From contig OY740790.1 of the NCBI GenBank assembly GCA_963514005.1, forward strand, positions 29,512,001 through 29,576,000: a stretch of 64,000 nt of DNA, given 5' to 3'. Below are positions 61,981 to 64,000 of this stretch, in pieces (position 1 is the first letter of the stretch; each line of letters opens with the position of its first letter). A program made the position numbers and the translations under genes. This DNA is from Raja brachyura. Taxonomy: Eukaryota. Below the pieces are notes generated by a model that was not told where the DNA came from, did no database searches, and worked only from the letters and a program-made list of their open reading frames with translations.

Positions 61981-62974
61981 CCGAGGCCGCCAGCTCCACC
62001 ATTAGGCCTCGGCGCAGACAGAGACTGGGAATACGACAGAAAGTTGCACCTCCCCCCCCCTCAGAAGGAAGATTCTTCCTATCACCTGCCTCCTTCCTGT
62101 TACTACTGGACTCCACCTATCACCTACCAGACTCTGTCTCACCTCGCTCGCTCACCTTTGTTCATAATCCCCTCCTCATCTGGTTCCCACCACCATCTAC
62201 CAGCCTCTATTCCACCTCTCCTGAAACATTAACTTGCATCTTTTGTTTCCACAAATGCTGTGGATCCATTGAGTTCCCACAGCATTCCAGCTTTGGTTCT
62301 AGATTCCAGCATCCACAGTCTCTTTTGTCTGCTCACTCTTGTTTTTGACAGGAATCTTGGAAGAGTGCACACATTTTAAAACTAATATGAAAATTGTGTT
62401 GCAAGATGGGATCAGAAAGTACTTTGCCACCTCCTCAGGCTCCCTCACTCCACAACATTAATATTGCAGGAAAGTGAACTGATTCACCTTAGCCTGGGAA
62501 GGCTTAGCTGTGGCAATGTGGACTGATTAGAAGGTAGAATAAGCCCAGTTAGCTGCACTTCTTACAGCAAGCGAGGAAGAAGTGTAGGAGGCACTTGTCA
62601 CTTGGATGGACAAGGCTAAGCTTCGAGGTAAATACATAATATTGCCAATGTCGATGAAATTCTCTCTGTACTGCCAATCATACAAGAACAGTCACTTTGA
62701 GAAATAGAAATTGACCACAAGAAGGCAGAGGTGATGAGATGAATGACCATATAAACCAGTGCTGTGAAAAAAATCCCAATTATGTTTAAAGCAGTAGAGT
62801 CACAGAAATATACAACATGGAAACAGACCCTTTGGCCCACCAACTAAATGACAACCATCAACCCCCCCCCCCCCCCCCCCCATTTACATTAATACTACAC
62901 TCGCACCAAGTTTTATTCTATCAACATTTACATTATCTTCCCTCAGATTCCACCATCTAACTCTACCATATAAC

Positions 62975-64000
62975 ACACAACATATAACAATTACAGCACA
63001 GAAACAGGCCCTCTCGGCCCTTCCAGTCCGTGCCGACCATTTATTTTCTCCTAGTCCCATCTACCTGTTCTCAGACCATACCCCTCCATTCCCTTCCCAT
63101 CCATATACCTATCCACTTTACTTTTAAATGTTAAAATCGATCCCGCCTCCACCACTTCTGCTGGAAGATCATTCCACACAGCCACCACTTTCTGAGTAAA
63201 GAGGTTCCCCCTCGTGTTACCCCTAAACTTCTGCCCCTTAATTCTCATGTCATGCCCTCTTGTTTGAATCTTCCCTACCCTCAATGGGAAAAGCTTATCC
63301 ACGTCAACTCCGTCTATCCCTTTCATCATTTTAAAGACCTCAATCAAGTCCCCCCTTAACCTTCTGCGCTCCAAAGAATAAAGACCTAACTTGTTCAACC
63401 TTTCTCTGTAACTTAGTTGCTGGAACCCAGGCAACATTCTAGTAAATCTCCTCTGTACTCTCTCTACTTTCTTGACATCCTTCCTATAATTAAGTGACCA
63501 AAATTGTACACCATACTCCAGAATTGGTCTTACCAATGCCTTGCACAATTTTAACATGACTTCCCTACTCCTATATTCAATGCTCTGATTTATAAAGGCC
63601 AGTACACCAAAAGCTTTCTTTACCACCCTACCTACATGCGATTCCACCTTCAGGGAACTATGCACAGTTATTCCTAGATCCCTCTGTTCCACAGAATTCC
63701 TCAATTCCCTACCATTTATCATGTATGTCCTATTTTGATTTGTCCTGGCAAGATGTAGCACTTCACACTTATCAGCATTAAACTCCATCTGCCATCTTTC
63801 AGCCCACTTTTCCAAATGGCCCAAATCTCTCTGTAGACTTTGAAAATCTACTTCATTATCCACAACACAACCTATCTTAGTATCAACTGCATACTTACTT
63901 ATCCAATTTTCCACCCCATCATCCAGATCATTGATGTACATGACAAACAACAGTGGTCCCAACACAGATCCCTGAGGCACCCCACTGGTCACCGGCTTCC
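62975..64000 (-). mobile_element. CR1 LINE ORF2 3' part running off the window (open 63051-63992)
   Basis: GVPQGSVLGP, YAVD (mutated YADD), WQMEFNADKC, LVRPILEY, RRRLRGDLIEVFK. Confidence 0.95.

Noticed and set aside
61426-62116. Low-complexity ORFs, or a CRISPR-like array
   Set aside because: Units are tandem and variable with no unique spacers; the ORFs are minisatellite translations
63051-63992. 313-aa ORF as a host gene or active RT
   Set aside because: It is CR1 ORF2 with the catalytic YADD changed to YAVD
1-64000. Additional ASTN1 exons (IHYIPSVL..ETPILDGYEYD upstream; QLTFYTD downstream)
   Set aside because: Not found in the ORF track or by eye; a short exon could still have been missed

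Overview
Eukaryotic, repeat-dense intronic DNA. The repeat families (HE1/V-type SINEs, CR1 LINEs with TTCTATGT tails, Penelope pLTRs) suggest a cartilaginous fish, probably a skate or ray; this is an inference. The only host coding sequence I recognise is one 150-nt, phase 1-1 exon on the minus strand (15439-15588) matching astrotactin-1 (ASTN1), so the rest is probably ASTN1 intron. Three related DIRS1-type tyrosine-recombinase retrotransposons are present: a degenerate copy cut by the window edge (1-2583, +), an internally deleted copy (20387-23537, -), and a full-length but mutated copy (35689-41060, +) with gag, RT-RNase H-methyltransferase, YR, short ITRs, an ICR and ATT junctions. Other repeats include CR1, RTE, Rex/Babar, L1 and Penelope fragments, SINEs and MITE remnants. 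Main leads: (1) the DIRS family carries splice-like sites that would join the pol ATG in frame to the recombinase ORF, plus an HIV-like U UUU UUA heptamer at the end of gag; (2) short Penelope-derived, hammerhead-bearing insertions with 12-13 bp target duplications; (3) a (TTAGGG)3 insertion with a 10-bp duplication; (4) a templated-insertion repair scar inside an L1; (5) inverted DIRS copies bracketing the ASTN1 exon. All family assignments are by eye and recall, with no database search. Repeat boundaries are approximate unless stated.
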